A stretch of DNA of 64,000 nucleotides, taken from contig CM120644.1 in assembly GCA_051362555.1 (NCBI GenBank), positions 9,370,954 to 9,434,953 of the forward strand, in the 5' to 3' direction. The notes beneath the pieces were generated by a model that did not search any database, was not told the DNA's origin, and saw nothing but the letters and a program-made list of their open reading frames with translations. Positions 12,540 through 26,160 of the stretch are shown in pieces. Position 1 is the first letter of the stretch. Each line of letters begins with the position of its first letter. This DNA comes from Lingula anatina (Eukaryota; Animalia; Brachiopoda). The translations under genes and the position numbers were made by a program.

Positions 12540-15184
12540 TTTGTTGTTTTCCTTTATAATTTTTTCTCAAACACTTGCATTTGTGACTTTAAACTCTCAT
12601 CCGCCTGAGACTCTGACATTTCTGTTTTTCCACATAAGCAGTTGTATTGTTTTTTATGTCTTTAAACATTATGTTACTTATGTAATATTATTTTATGCAC
12701 TGTCATCATTTTTCAAATATTAAGACTTACATCATGTGAATTTGAACTCTCATGGTCCTGAAACTGTAATCTTATTGAAAGGGTAGATTGAGACCATCTT
12801 CTGGGACTTCCGGAAGACAGTCAGGTTATTAAGTTTATATTGCCTGGTATCTATTTTTTCTTCTGTTGGAAGACCATCAAAATGGAGGATGGATCAAAAT
12901 AGATACTTTGGAATACTGTCAGAAAATATCTCTGGGTCCGCTCATGTTATTGACCATTTTACCTGTTGTGCATGATTAAAATTCAGTGTTGACTGACAGT
13001 GCTATTATAAGCATTATTTATTATTGCATCAAAATTGACAAAATGACCTATTTTGCATCTTTATTTTCTGTTTTTTGTCTGTACATTTGACAGCTTTGCT
13101 GCCTTGTTTTATGTTAACATCAGTGGCAATGGCAATGGACAGACCAACTGGATTACATTTGTTGTCTAGATTGAAATAACCTGCTAATAAATGAGATGGT
13201 CCTCTGAGATGGGATAGCCTGATTGAGATTGATTTGACTGAACTGGAAACACTACTTTGAATCCATCAATTGATGGCATTAGGGGAACCTTTCTGCTAGT
13301 ACCTCTAAAATTAGTAACACTTCAGGGGGAAAATTGCTGAACTTACAGACAATTATCTTTGTGGGTTACCCAGACAGGTTTGTCTGGTTCTGAAACTTTC
13401 CAAAATGTCAGCAATGCTATAGAACTGTGGGCATAGTCAACACAGGTGTGTAGATGGAGGGAGCATGATAATGGTCTTTGTGTGTGTGTGTGTGTGTGAG
13501 CGTGATAGTTGCATCTTATGGTGCATTTCGAGTATTAATAGTGACAAAATGGCAAATGAAAAAATATATTTTCTCACTGGCTCTACTAAGTAGTCTTATG
13601 GCATAAATTATGTATGCCAGCTAATGTCTTGCCTTACTTTCATTTCAACAGTTACTATAAGTCCTACATTTAATGTGGAACAATGATGCAGGTATGCGTG
13701 GAATACTGTAGTACTTATTGGTGTTGCATAATCTTTATATCGGCTTTGGAAGAAATCACTACACAACAGTAAACACTGTTCATATATTTGACCAGTGTTT
13801 TACAAGATTGCATCACTCGCGTTGGCGTAGATTTATGTTTTGTATTTAGCAGCACGGGACATTAATCTTGATTTAATACGCTCCAGTGGTTCTGCATGAA
13901 GGCCTGAATAGTGTTTGTAGAGGAAAATTACCCTCGCTGTGGAAATTAGCTGCTGGCGGGTGCTCTGGTTTGTCCACAGTGGTCACAGGCTGGACTCCAG
14001 CCCACCGAGTGACCAGTGAAAACAATCTTTATTTGACCACACTGGGGGACATATTGGGAAGGTGTTGATAATGTAAAGTACTAGAGATGGTAAGAGTTTA
14101 TTGAGAACTCAGTAAAAACAAAGTCACAGTTGCTGTGTATACACAAGAAGCTATAGGTTCTGAAGCATGGTGGCTGCTACTTTATGGTGTGGTGGGTGCA
14201 GGTATTATGAAATATATTATGAAACATATCCCTTGTGATGCTGCTTAGACAGAGATACAGACAGGCCTTTGGATTCCTGCTGATGGTGTTTGGGTGGAAA
14301 AGTTGATTAGAAAATGTTGAAGTGAATGGAAGGTGGCAGTTTGGCTCAGGAGCATTCTACTTGGAGTAGACATTTAGATATTTTGGCAAGCCTACGTTTC
14401 TTTAAAGTTTTGATCGCCCCTTTCCTGTTCCATCAGGTGAGTTCAACCTCAGTTTCTGCTCACTAGTACTAGTACAGTACTAACTGGAAAATGTTCAGTG
14501 GTCTTCTGATTCTGTTTTAAAATAGTGTGAGTTTTAATTATGTGAAGTAGCCATTTGGTTGCATCAGAGAAGTAGAGATGGTTGCATTGTTAATTAATAA
14601 GATGATGTGGTAACCCCATGGTAGACAGCACAATGAGGTGTCTGTGTGGGATAGGGTAACAAGGCTGCTGTTCTATATTTGTGTATCCCAGTGGGCCACC
14701 CTGTGTAGCTTGTGAAGTGTGTGTTTGGGTGTGTACATTTGTGTGTGTGTGTTTGGTAGGGGGTGGGGTAGAGGCCCTCTTTGCTAATTTATTTATTAAT
14801 ACATAAATTTATCATTAATTGTGTGGTTACTCTTGAATTTGCTTTTGGTCAGTGTTTGTAGATAGCATTGACACTGTATTAGTTTGGTCCTTTTGTGACA
14901 TAAGCTGGTTGATTTCCTCTAAATTGCTCTGATTACCAACATACATTACCATGCAGAGAGAACTAAGGTGTACCAAAAGCAACAGGTTCTTTATAGTATT
15001 AGAGTGTTTTACCTTACACTGGCACTGCATGTGCACTATGGTGACATCTGTTGGCTAACTTCCAGTCATGTTTATATATGTCTGCTTTTGAACAGGGACT
15101 ACTAGTATATGGAAATAACTGTAGTTAAACCAGATTTTACAAAAAGAAAAAAAACCTGAGTTACACCAGTAAATTTCTAACTAA

Positions 15185-15399
15185 CACCCCATTCTCATAG
15201 ATTAGATCGACCTACATTGGATCGACCTAACTCCCTGGGGGTTCACGCTAAATAGCTGTCAGCCGGGCGGACACGAAAGTTAATTACCCCTTATAGCTTG
15301 TAGTAGGCGGGGACGGACACTTAAGGCGGATTATCTGACAGTAATCTAGTGAGACTCCCCGCGGTGATAGATCGATCTAAAAGTTGTGAGAACAGAGCC
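15185..15399 (-). mobile_element. Harbinger/Tourist-like MITE family A, copy 1 (215 bp)
   Basis: Imperfect TIRs containing TAGATCGA(T/C)CTA; TAA on both flanks; reverse-complement homologue of 16853-17067 and 25708-25922. Confidence 0.85.
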
Positions 15400-16033
15400 T
15401 AACATGCCCTTGTAGAAATGTTTAAAATCAAGCTGGCACAGCACTAGCAACCTGTTGAACTCCCTTGATGTTGAATTAGTGGCTGACTAAATATTGTGAT
15501 TTTGGTGAGAGGGCAGATGGGATGATGTTGATGTAACCACATACTTCAGTAAAGCACATGTTAACAGTGGGCAGGGAAAACACATGTATGGAGTAATCAA
15601 AGGGGAGCTAATTGAAAAACGAGATGGAAGATAGGTAAAACATGTTGTGGAAACATTAGTGATCTCTTTTTATCACAAGGTTATTTTGAAAAGTTGCATC
15701 CAGTGGGAAGTTATGGTAATTGTTTAATTTAAAACCTTACTAACTAGCATTCTAAATATTCTTTAGGTGTCAGCAGTTAAATTTTAGTTACCACACACAC
15801 ACACACACACACGTGTACACAGAGTGAAAGAGAGAGTTTCAGGTTTTTAAAATTATGAACAGAATTGGCTGAATTAAAAAAAAAAGAAAGAATTAGTTTT
15901 AAATATTATCATCATTCTGTGATGTGCTAAAAAAAACTTAAAAATCAATTTAGTAGTGATTTAAACATTGTTACAAAACTGTATGTTTTTTTTCTGTCTT
16001 TGAGTCGTAAAAGCACGTTTGCCTCTTTTTCAG

Positions 16034-16127
16034 ATTTTCTCCCTCATGAGCGAGACTCCCTAGAGGCAGTCGGGTATCAAGACCAGACTCTCCTCTCCTC
16101 TCTCAGGTGTTCTATATCCTAGACCAG
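16034..16127 (+). other. Putative internal 5' UTR exon
   Basis: Polypyrimidine acceptor ctctttttcag and consensus donor CAG|GTGAGT; GC-richer than the flanks; contains the short uORF MSETP*. Confidence 0.45.
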
Positions 16128-16798
16128 GTGAGTCATCTGCCAGTGCTATGTTGGTTAAAGGTGCAACTTTTCTGTTTTCTCTTTAACATGCACTTAATAT
16201 TTTTTTCTTAGCCCCATTTCAAGTGTGTGTTTTACATACATATTAATCAAGGACTGTATTCTGTTTTTCTTTAACAACCACTTCAGACCTGGCGTGAGTC
16301 TCTTAACTGACTGTTTAATACGGATGTTTGAAGAGGAGATATGTTTGTTATAGCCACACTAGCAGTTTTATGTCAAGATTATTCGCAATCATATTGGGTT
16401 TGATTCAGCTTGTGGATTTGAGTACTACAGAGGACTGAAGCAGTGTTCACTTCAGACTATATTTGGCATTCTATTAATTGGTCCTAATTTGGCCCCATGA
16501 TTGGTCATATTCTAGCCGATCTGAAATAGTTCTGTCTGAACATGGCTTTCCTGGAGAAGGTAAATACTAGTACTCTATGCTGCTGTAAGAAGTCAGTATG
16601 ATTATAAGTGGTCAGCTGTTGAGCAAAAACGCACAAGTCTGCATGTAGCATGTAGTGTCTGAGATTGATGGGAGATGTGCTGGTTTATGTTGAGAAATGG
16701 AGAGGTGAGATATCAAGTAAGGCAGAGAAAGTGTCATTATAGTCATATATGTCTTACTTTTCATTCTTTGTTTCTCTCTCGCCCTCTCTCTTTCCATC

Positions 16799-16804
<6 letters not shown>

Positions 16805-16850
<46 letters not shown>
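16805..16850. repeat. (CT)n microsatellite
   Basis: Perfect CT run; source of spurious ER-repeat and SL-repeat ORFs. Confidence 0.95.
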
Positions 16851-16852
<2 letters not shown>

Positions 16853-17067
16853 GACCCCATTCCCACAGATTTTAGATTGATCTATCCTTATGGGGAGTCT
16901 CACTAGATTACTGTTAGCTTAGCCGGCTTAAGCATCTGTCCCGCCTACTAAAAGCTGTAAGGGGCTAATTAATTGTCGTGCGCACTCGACTGACTGCAAT
17001 TTAGCGTGAACCCCCAGGGAGTTAGGTCGATCTGGATGGATCGATCTAAATCTCTGGGAATGCACCC
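16853..17067 (+). mobile_element. MITE family A, copy 2
   Basis: Shares GGGGAGTCTCACTAGATTACTG and TTTAGCGTGAACCCCCAGGGAGTTAGGT with copies 1 and 3. The TSD is not intact. Confidence 0.8.
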
Positions 17068-18780
17068 CTGCACACATTCCCCTCAGGGTTGCCCAGTACA
17101 CCACCTCTCTCTCTCTCTCTCTCCACTATACTATCTGTGTGGATATAGGAAACATGATAACATTTACAGAGCAAACTGGGCAGCAATCTGAACCTATTAC
17201 ATTGTTGATGTGAGTGGGTCCCTCTGAGATCATTGCCTAATGGTTTAACTTTCTCCAGGTTGAAGATGGAGGATTCTTGGGAAGAGTTGGCCTGGTGGGA
17301 GCGAGGGGGGGGGGGGATTGAATTTTTGTTAAACGTAGAGTGTTTTAAAAGTCTTGGGAATTGTAATATCAAATAATGGAATCCATTTTCATGCTGTCAC
17401 TCTGATGATTTGGCTTGCACTGCAGCCCTGCATTCGGCAACCTGATGCTGTGATGAATGAAAACAAGGTTTGGGTTAAAGTATCATGTGGCAAAAGTTTT
17501 CAAGAATAGCTTTAGTAACAGGTGAATGAAGGCAGGATGGAAATTATTCTTCAGAGGAGAAAAAGTTCAAGGAACAGATGGAATTGTTCCCATGCTTTCA
17601 CTCCTGTTTGATCGTGTTCACTAATTCGAAAGAGGAAGTGAAACATTTTAAGAAAATGTCTTGTTAGTGGTAGTGAGACAGGTGTCTGAGTCTAGAAAAT
17701 AGAGATGTGGACTACAAGGATGTGTGGTATTTTATCAGACTAGACATAGGAGGGGTTAACTGTGTGCTGGGGGGGGGGGGGGGTAGAGGGGATCAGTCAG
17801 TGATTTTGTACATTAAAGAGGCCTATGTTAAGAATGAAATTTCTGATTATATTCGATCTTTGGCTTAAAATTTGTCATTGCTAAACAATTTCTAATTTTC
17901 TTGGAGAATTATAAAAAAGGAAAACAAAAAAAGTCCCAAACTATTTCTCTTCTGCTCCATCATAAGTGATGACCTTTCAGAAGATGCTGATTACCAGAGT
18001 GTCTGCTCTGGTGATTGGCAGATATGGCCAAACCTCGGCCTTTGAAGAATAAAATGTGTTTTATGTAGTTTTATCAGCATTAAATGTGGAGAGACACTCC
18101 GAGGGGTCTGGCAACCTTTACTGTTCAGCTCTGAGAGGCAATTTCACAAATGATTTGGAAACAGAAATTTGGTCGATTTCAGTGCAGGATAATTGTACAG
18201 TAGTTAAATAAAAGAAATTTATGAACAAGTTAAAGAACAACTTTCTTGTTAAAAACAAGCACAATATTGCATCTAATGGTAGAAATGAAGCAGGCATAGA
18301 TTCCCTGTAATACTAGTTTCTTTATCGATTAAAATAAAGTGGACATGCTAAAGAATAAATCAAAGAAATAACTGGTCAACCAAAAATAGCTTTAACAGTG
18401 CTCCTTCTTTAAATTTCTGGTCAGAGATTGACCTTGGATTAAAAATTATCATTCCATTTTGTGAGAAAATAGTTGTAATTTTGATCCACAAAAGAATTTC
18501 TTTTTTTATTCCGTACTAGTAGCTGGTGAATTGAAGAATCAGCTCAATGCTTACCTCCATCTTTCCTTTTTGTTTTAAATTATCTAAGTATCTAGTATCT
18601 CAGTGTCAGTGTGGGTGTTATAAACCAAAGCCAGACTCTCCTGGTGTGGATAATGTTGACCAGATCACATGAAATGGAACCAGAATCATTACACAGCTGT
18701 CACACATTAACATGTTATTTTGACAGGGTTGGTGTAATATTTACACTGTGGCATCAGCCATATGGTACTGGGCTGTCATC

Positions 18781-18783
<3 letters not shown>

Positions 18784-18822
<39 letters not shown>

Positions 18823-18900
18823 GAGAGAGATGGGGAGAGGAGAGAGACAGTGGGGAGGGGATGAGAGAGGGGGGGGGAGAGAGAGAGGAGGGGAGGGGGC
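18784..18900. repeat. (GA)n microsatellite and purine-rich tract
   Basis: GA run followed by G/A-rich low-complexity sequence. Confidence 0.9.
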
Positions 18901-21224
18901 AAGGATGAGAGATTGAAGAAACAAAACAAGAGAGACATTTTTCCGAATTTCCTAATAAAAATTATCGTCCCAAATGCTGTTTGAGGCCATTTTTTCCTGT
19001 AAAAAAAGAACAATATTGATATTAATAATAATATATGACATGAATTTAAAGTCCTATTTATGCATGTACATTGTAGCTTATGCTATAGCATGTGCCGTTA
19101 AGAATTTTACAGCACAACAATATATCAATAAGCAAGTCTTGTTTATTGCTGTAGCCTGTGCTGTTATGTCTCTTTATTACCCTTATATAATCCATAGTGG
19201 ATTCTTTCAAGGTTCATTTGAGAGCTGACCTTATGATGGTGGTCATTGTGAAGTACACCAAGTGTCAAATTCATTTCTAATTCTAATTATAGTGATTTCT
19301 GCAGCTGTGTTGAAGGTGGTTACGCCATGATATGAGCTGTCTGCATGAGACTCGAGAGCTCAATTTAATTTCATTTTGCACTTATTCCCACAATAAAAAG
19401 TAAATGGCTAATGTTTTAGACAAATGATTTCTTTATTCTAGTGGATAGTCTTGGGTTCTATTATGAATTGATGAATACTAAACTTTAATCTAGAGGTGAG
19501 GAGCAACGTTAGCTTTTTAATATTTTTACAGCAGATCCTAGGAACCTGCATTTCTATTTTAAATCCGAGCTGAAACCTACATTCCATTTCCGACCAGTTA
19601 ACTGCTAGGCTGCATCGTTTACCCCCAAGGAAGATACCATAATGACTGAATTTAATTATACCAACAACCATCATTAAGATGAAAACAATAGAGTAATTTC
19701 CATGGGCAAATAATCGGATTAATTAACCTGCCAGTGACTGGGTCATCTGGGAGGCGGGCAGGATAGGATGTTTAATGGGTTTTTTTACTCCTCCTCTTGC
19801 TGCAAGGGTGGTTTTAATTGTTTGTCTAGTTGTATTGTTTTGATGGCCAAAGATACATTTGCTCATGCAATGCTTTTCCTTGGCTGGGATGAAAAATAGA
19901 TAGAGATGTCTGAATATAAATTCATCTGATAGTGTATTATTTGAATTATTTATTTAGATCCTTTTATCATTTGCTTTAATGTCTTATGACATTGTGTTGT
20001 ATTGTGAAGTTGTCATAGTGAGTTGTATATAAGATGATGAATAATTTGTTTTCATTGGGGGGGGGGGGTTAGAAGGGAGAGGGAAGTTAATAAGATAATT
20101 CCCAGCAAATGTAGCCTGAATTTGATTAAATCAGAACCGATTGTCAGATACCAAATTAAATTTTGTTCCTGTTTTGAATCTGCTGATCGCATTCAAGGAC
20201 AGAAAATAAAAGTAGTGGTTTTCTATATTTAACAAGCCCCATACTGAACATATAAAACCTCTTCATGGATGTATTTTCTTTTGTAATATCCAGACATTTT
20301 GAAAGGAAATGGATGGATAGAATCCATCTGTTTTTGAGCAAGAAACAAAAAAGCGAGGACTTGGGTCTTTTTTTTTCTGCCAGTAAGTAATAAAACATTG
20401 GGAAGCTGCTTCGCACAGCTGGAAACTGAGTCGTCCCAAACTAACAAAGATGTCTTGTCATAAGATGGAGATGCTTAAAAGAAATAGCTCAACAAAGAAT
20501 TGGGAAAGAAAGAAGATAAATAATTCAATTTCAGGTAGCCAAGATAAGATCAGGTATTGTCAAAATTATGTAAAGGTCAATATCATTCTTAGTCTTATGT
20601 GTAACAAAAGAATAAATCTAGAATAACAGATAGTCCCCTAAACCAATATGTTTTGTTTGGAGAGGAATAATCGGCAAATAAATGCTCCAGTCTGGTGTTA
20701 ATATTTACAGTATCTTTTGATAACAATAGTTTCCTCCTCAGTGATTAAGATCAAGGATTCTGATAATGCTGAGCTTAATTTATATGCACTGATAATAATG
20801 CTACATAAACAGATTGTTGGCACTCAGCAAGATAGCCCTACAGGGTGGCTTTGTCAAAGAAAATACAGACTTTCAGTCACTGATTGATATCTGTGATTGT
20901 AGTCTGGAGTTGGATAAATCACAAAAGAGCTTAGAAGGAATCTTGGATGCATTTGTTATTTTAAATGTCATGAAAGAAGATGGCTGGCTAGATGAAATGA
21001 AGGAAGGAGAGCGAAAGAGAGAGAGAGAAGGGGTAAGGGAGAAAACATTCTATTATTGACAGTTAAATTGTCTATCCTGTTCGGTGTGGCATTATATATC
21101 CAGTGCTGCTGACATTGACAGACAGGGTTTGTAAGGTTCCACTGATTGGGATCATTGGCCAGAAAACAGCTGCCTTGTCTACAACCCAGCATATAGGGTA
21201 AAGTATGAGAATTACATTATATAA

Positions 21225-21769
21225 GAGCGCATTCTCAACGAATTAAGCCAGGCTTTACAAAGCCGGTGACCTAAAAATGGCGGACGTACATGAAAGAAAA
21301 ACCGCCTAATCTTTTAATAGTCTCTCCGCCTCCCCACACGTCGTCCCTGCGGGGTACAGTAATTAAATCTCGGCTCCGTTCGCCATGCGGAAGCTACCTG
21401 AGAAATATTAAGTGCGCATGCTCATCAGTTAAACTCGTGGTGAAGAAGGCATAGCGGCTGAAGGCGATCGAAAAAAAAAGCTCTTCTGTTCTATTATCTT
21501 TGAAAACAGAGACGAAAAAGGAATAATTTGGCCCGTAGAGCAGCAATGAATCGACTATCTAAGGAGATAATATCACCAGAGATATTCACGGAAATATTAA
21601 TGTTCGGTGCCGAGATTTAATTACTGTACCCCGCAGGGACGACGTGTGGGGAGGCGTGTGAGAGGCGGAGAGACTATTAAAAGATTAGGCGGTTTTTCTT
21701 TCATGTACGTCCGCCATTTTTAGGTCACCGGCTTTGTAAAGCCTGGCTTAATTCGTTGAGAATGCGCTC
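21225..21769. mobile_element. Harbinger/Tourist-like foldback MITE, 545 bp, with ~150-bp TIRs
   Basis: GAGCGCATTCTCAACG at the left and CGTTGAGAATGCGCTC at the right. The arms are essentially identical apart from an 11-bp insertion in the right arm; TAA is duplicated on both flanks. Confidence 0.93.
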
Positions 21770-24700
21770 TAAGGTTGAATCGTGCAACTGGAATTAATTG
21801 CCTGGTTTCGGATTTTTTTCTGAAATCAGTAAAGATTAAAATAATAAAAAAATAAAAATATTTGGTTTTATCAATGTGTGATTTATGTTGTTAGATTGTA
21901 GCATTTATAGTTTCATAGAAAAACAATCTCCATTGATACCAATATGATGTTATCATTGCCTGCTGTAGCTCTCAGATGCTCATTCAGGCTATAAAAACAC
22001 ATCTTTAACTCAAGCTGTCTCATCCAGTTTGTGGAAAAGAGGAGAAAATTAATCATGCCATCTTTTATCTTCATTAAATCATGTCCATTCAGTTTCATGC
22101 TATATTTTACAGTGCCATCTGCCTAAATGGAGGCAATAGCATGTGGCATGTTCACACAGACTAAATCGGTCTCACAATGAGACTTTTTTGGTACTCTAAC
22201 TACAACCCAAAAGCCAATTTCTTTTAAATTAGAAAATTTTGTAATAAATTTGTGATATGGCAGATAGGGTTTTCTTAGATTCTCGGATGAAAGGAGTTGT
22301 TCACAGTTGGTATGACTATTGGCTTAGTTATCTTCACAGTACAAATGACTTAATTTACAGCCTAAATATGGATCTTGTATCGTTCTAACTTCCCAGTGTG
22401 AACACGCCCCAGGAGATCCTTGGTATCAGTGATGTCTGTATCAATCTAACCCTAGGCTTATCTTGGTCAGGTGTGGGGTGGCTCCCCGCTGTGGCAAGGA
22501 ATGTAGTTGTCTAGCAGTGTGGTGCCAGGGTGAGTAGACTTACAGAACTGGAGGTGACAAGAAGGATATTTAAGAGGAGGATTAGCATTGCAGAGTATTT
22601 ACCTGGAGTTGACAAAGAACACTTCAGAAGGTGAGGGATAGTTTTGCATTGAAAAACAAACATTTTGACTGTACAGCATTAAGGCAAAGAAGAAACACTT
22701 GGTGGCTATACTGCTGTTAATTCTGTACTACTGAGGTACAGCTGTTGTCCAGTGAATGCATCAGGGTTGTATGCATTATAGAGAGCAGCATGCTTTTAAA
22801 TCTTTTGCCAGAAAAAATAGTCGATACGTTAATCTTGATGAAATAATTTGAAGTAAATAGTCCTTCTTGGAGAAAGTTTGGCATGTGCTTCTGAAGTGCA
22901 GTTTTGGAATAGGGAGACTTGAATGAGAATTATTGCATAACTTACACCTGGTGTAAGTATATATGTGTGAAATCATGTGAGACCAGATCAGGTATCTGGG
23001 AGGAATTTTACTGCTTGGATACAATGCAGATGATCACAGAATGTTTTCATTTGATATTGTGCATATACCAGTAATTTTTTAGGCAATTTTTTCTTTTTTT
23101 TTTTTCCTTTTAAAGAAAAATTGAAGATATAATTTTTAATTGCGACAAAGACCCCCCAACAGTTACGCTTATAAAAACCTGTATAACTGCAACATGAAAA
23201 AAATTTTTTTTAAAGATTTAAATGATAGCACATTGTCAAACTTGTTTGCTTACAACTAGCATGGTATAATTGTTATTTTAATTTTATTGATGGATGCTTG
23301 TACATACATATATATACATGTACGCACATGGCTTTATAGAATTATATGACAAAAAATTGTAACTTTGTTAATGTAAGGATGAGTGGTGTTAGGTGTGATT
23401 TTAGGATGTGTGCGCTTGTTGGGAGAAGAAGAGTACAACTCAATATTCACAAGAACTTGAGGTTCAAAAGTTTACACATTTCCCCATATTCTTTCCTCTT
23501 TATTTTCTTTTCCAAGAAAAAAAAAAGCTCTGCAAATTGTTTCCTGGAGGCTGTAAATACAGTTTCCGCACAGGTGGCACAGACTAGGTGATATAAATAC
23601 TTTTTACTCTGACTTTCCCCACATGCAATGTCATTACTAGATTACATGTTCATTTCACTGGCTTTACTCACAGTATGGGTTTGCGGCAACGCTGCTGGGT
23701 GCGAGTATGCATGTAAACCTTTTTTGCCAAAGGCTAAAAAAGCTAAGTACTCACAGTAGTATACTTGATTTGACTCAGGGAAATGACAAACCATGTGTAT
23801 TTCCCTCATTGTGCCTTTGAATTGAATGTTTCTGAATTAATATCAGAATTTGAAAAAGATATTTTGTTTGATTTTGCGGATTTAATAAAGATTTTTGTGG
23901 GCAAGTATGGATCTCAATGACTGTGCACTGTACATTATTCCATATTAGATTGACTGGGTTCACCTTCAGGTAGGGTTTAACATAATGGCTGGTGTGGTTT
24001 GCTGTAATGCCTAAGGGATCATTGGAGATAATGATAATGATCACCTGAAATTTGAAGTCCATATAGGGCTGCACCTCAAATCAGGCAAGATAAGACCATT
24101 AGAAAGATATGATTGAAGTAAAGAGGTAGGCAATTTGATCATGTAGGATAATGGTTCTTCAAGCCCTCACAGGGAACTGTTGTGCTAGTGGGACTTCTTT
24201 CTGACCTGATTACAACATAAAAGAGATTGTTTCAAAAGCAAGATCTAGTATTGATATAATAATGCTTCTAAAAATCTGTCATTAAGTTAGTAGGATCATG
24301 GCTTTGCTTTATCATCTCAGGTTAATTTGGATAAGACTGTAGGAGATAAACAACAGCTGATTGATGATGTAAACACTGGCCACTATAGATTGTTATTCAG
24401 TATCTGTGGATTCCTCATTAAGATCACAGTACCCAGGTCTTCATATTGAAACGGTAAAATGTGGTCAGACGAGAAGAACATAATGATTAGCCAGTGCATA
24501 TTCCTGTCAGTGTCGCCTCAACTGTATCTGGTGAAGTGTGAGAGAATGCCAGTTTGACAGTCAGGTTTATTGAAAACTGTTTGAATCTTCTTGTAGATTT
24601 GTGAGTAACCAATTTAGAAGCTTCTTTAGTGTCACTAAATTAGGTTAAGTCTGAAAAGAGTAAATTAGGGAAAATAAAGGCTTGAGACAAAGATCGAGTC

Positions 24701-25181
24701 CCTTCAAAGATCATTTGAATTAGTGCAGTAATGGTTTCTCCGTACAATCACAAGGACATGGTCATGCCTTCAGCTAGATAAGTTAGAAGGCTAGATTAAG
24801 ATAAAAGCATTGCCTCTGTGTGTTAGGCATGAATGTATTTGTGCTTATATGTAAAGTTACTCAATATGTAAAGATCTGCAGACAAACCTTCACGCATGCA
24901 TGCAGGTGCACACACACGCACAAACACACATTAAGTGACAGTTTATAGTGAATTAAATTTACGTTTCATTTATAAGATGTGACATGATATAGTCTTTACT
25001 TTAAAATACACTGTGGTCTGCACCACATTGGCACAACACGCAGTGCTCAGCTCATAATGAAGAATTGAAATAATCAATTTTCACAGGAATATCTAAGACA
25101 GAAGAGCACGATATTTCATGGTCAGGTAATATTGATAATATTGCAGGAGAAAACACTCGGTATTGTGGCATAGCTAACCAG

Positions 25182-25326
25182 GGCCCCATAACTTGAATTC
25201 ATCGCTTGTTGCGACCGAGCGCAAGCGTCTCGATTCCATAACTTGCCCATACTCGTTCCATATAATAAATTGTAGCCTCTGTGTGATATCGCTATTTGCA
25301 GTGCGCAATGCTTGAGTTACAAGGCC
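25182..25326 (+). mobile_element. Harbinger-like MITE family B, copy 1
   Basis: GGCCCCATAACTTG and GAGTTACAAGGCC termini with a CAG TSD; reverse-complement homologue of 56573-56701. Confidence 0.8.
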
Positions 25327-25707
25327 CAGTAGCACCAGTGGCAGTTATATAGTGGTCATCAGCTGTGTATTTTAAAAATCACTTATTGCTAATAGATGGC
25401 TTTCATTTCATGGTGACACTCACACATGCAGATGGTTGGTGCTTTGGTCCTGATTCAATAAACAAGGACGTATATATGCATGCATACATATGAAGTTAAG
25501 AGCACATGCACGTATATCATGCATATGAATTTGTGCATGAAAAAGTACCTTTCATTGCACACATGACATGCATGTTCCTATCCATCAGTTGGTCTCCAGT
25601 AGTGATACAGTGTTCAGTAGTGTTTACAATCTTCTTAACTGTTGATCATATATGTCAACATGGAGATGGTGTAAAGGAGGGGGGGTCTTAGTACTAGAGG
25701 AAACCTA

Positions 25708-25922
25708 GGCTGTATTCCCAGAGCTTTTAGATCGATCTATCCCCGCGGGGAGTCTCACTAGATTACTGTTGGATAATCCGGCCTAAATGTCCGTCCCGCC
25801 TACTACAAGCTGTAAGGGGATAATTGACTTTCGTGTCTGCCCGGCTGACAGCTATTTAGCGTGAACCCCCAGGGAGTTAGGTTGATCTAAAGTAGATCGA
25901 TCTAATCTCTGGGAATGGGGTC
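25708..25922 (+). mobile_element. MITE family A, copy 3 (215 bp)
   Basis: GGCTGTATTCCCAGAG and CTCTGGGAATGGGGTC termini with CTA on both flanks. Confidence 0.85.
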
Positions 25923-26109
25923 CTATTGTGGACTACCTGAAGACATTACACATAAAGTGTCCTGGCTGTGTTCACACAGGGGAAACTGCTCAGGCAGAAA
26001 TTTAATCTTCTACTGTGATAATGTAACTATTACCTCAGATAACTAGGCTTTTTTTTTTTTTTTTTAATGGCTGTCTTTCTTTTATTTCCCTATACCCCAC
26101 CTCAAATAT

Positions 26110-26112
<3 letters not shown>

Positions 26113-26157
<45 letters not shown>
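26113..26157. repeat. (TC)n microsatellite
   Basis: Perfect TC run. Confidence 0.95.

Positions 26158-26160
<3 letters not shown>

Larger units (their letters stand above)
8405..13107 (+). mobile_element. Helentron/HINE (DINE-1-like) non-autonomous element, about 4.7 kb
   Basis: Starts in a T run with a 14-bp hairpin TATGTACAGACACA-GA-TGTGTCTGTACATA, then a (GTC/GCC)n microsatellite and a tandem array. The 3' end has the matching subterminal repeat TGTCTGTACAT (13076-13086), a short hairpin CAGC-TTT-GCTG and CTTGTT. Confidence 0.8.

Noticed and set aside
16612-19013. ORFs with ERERER or SLSLSL runs
   Set aside because: These are translations of (CT)/(GA) microsatellites.
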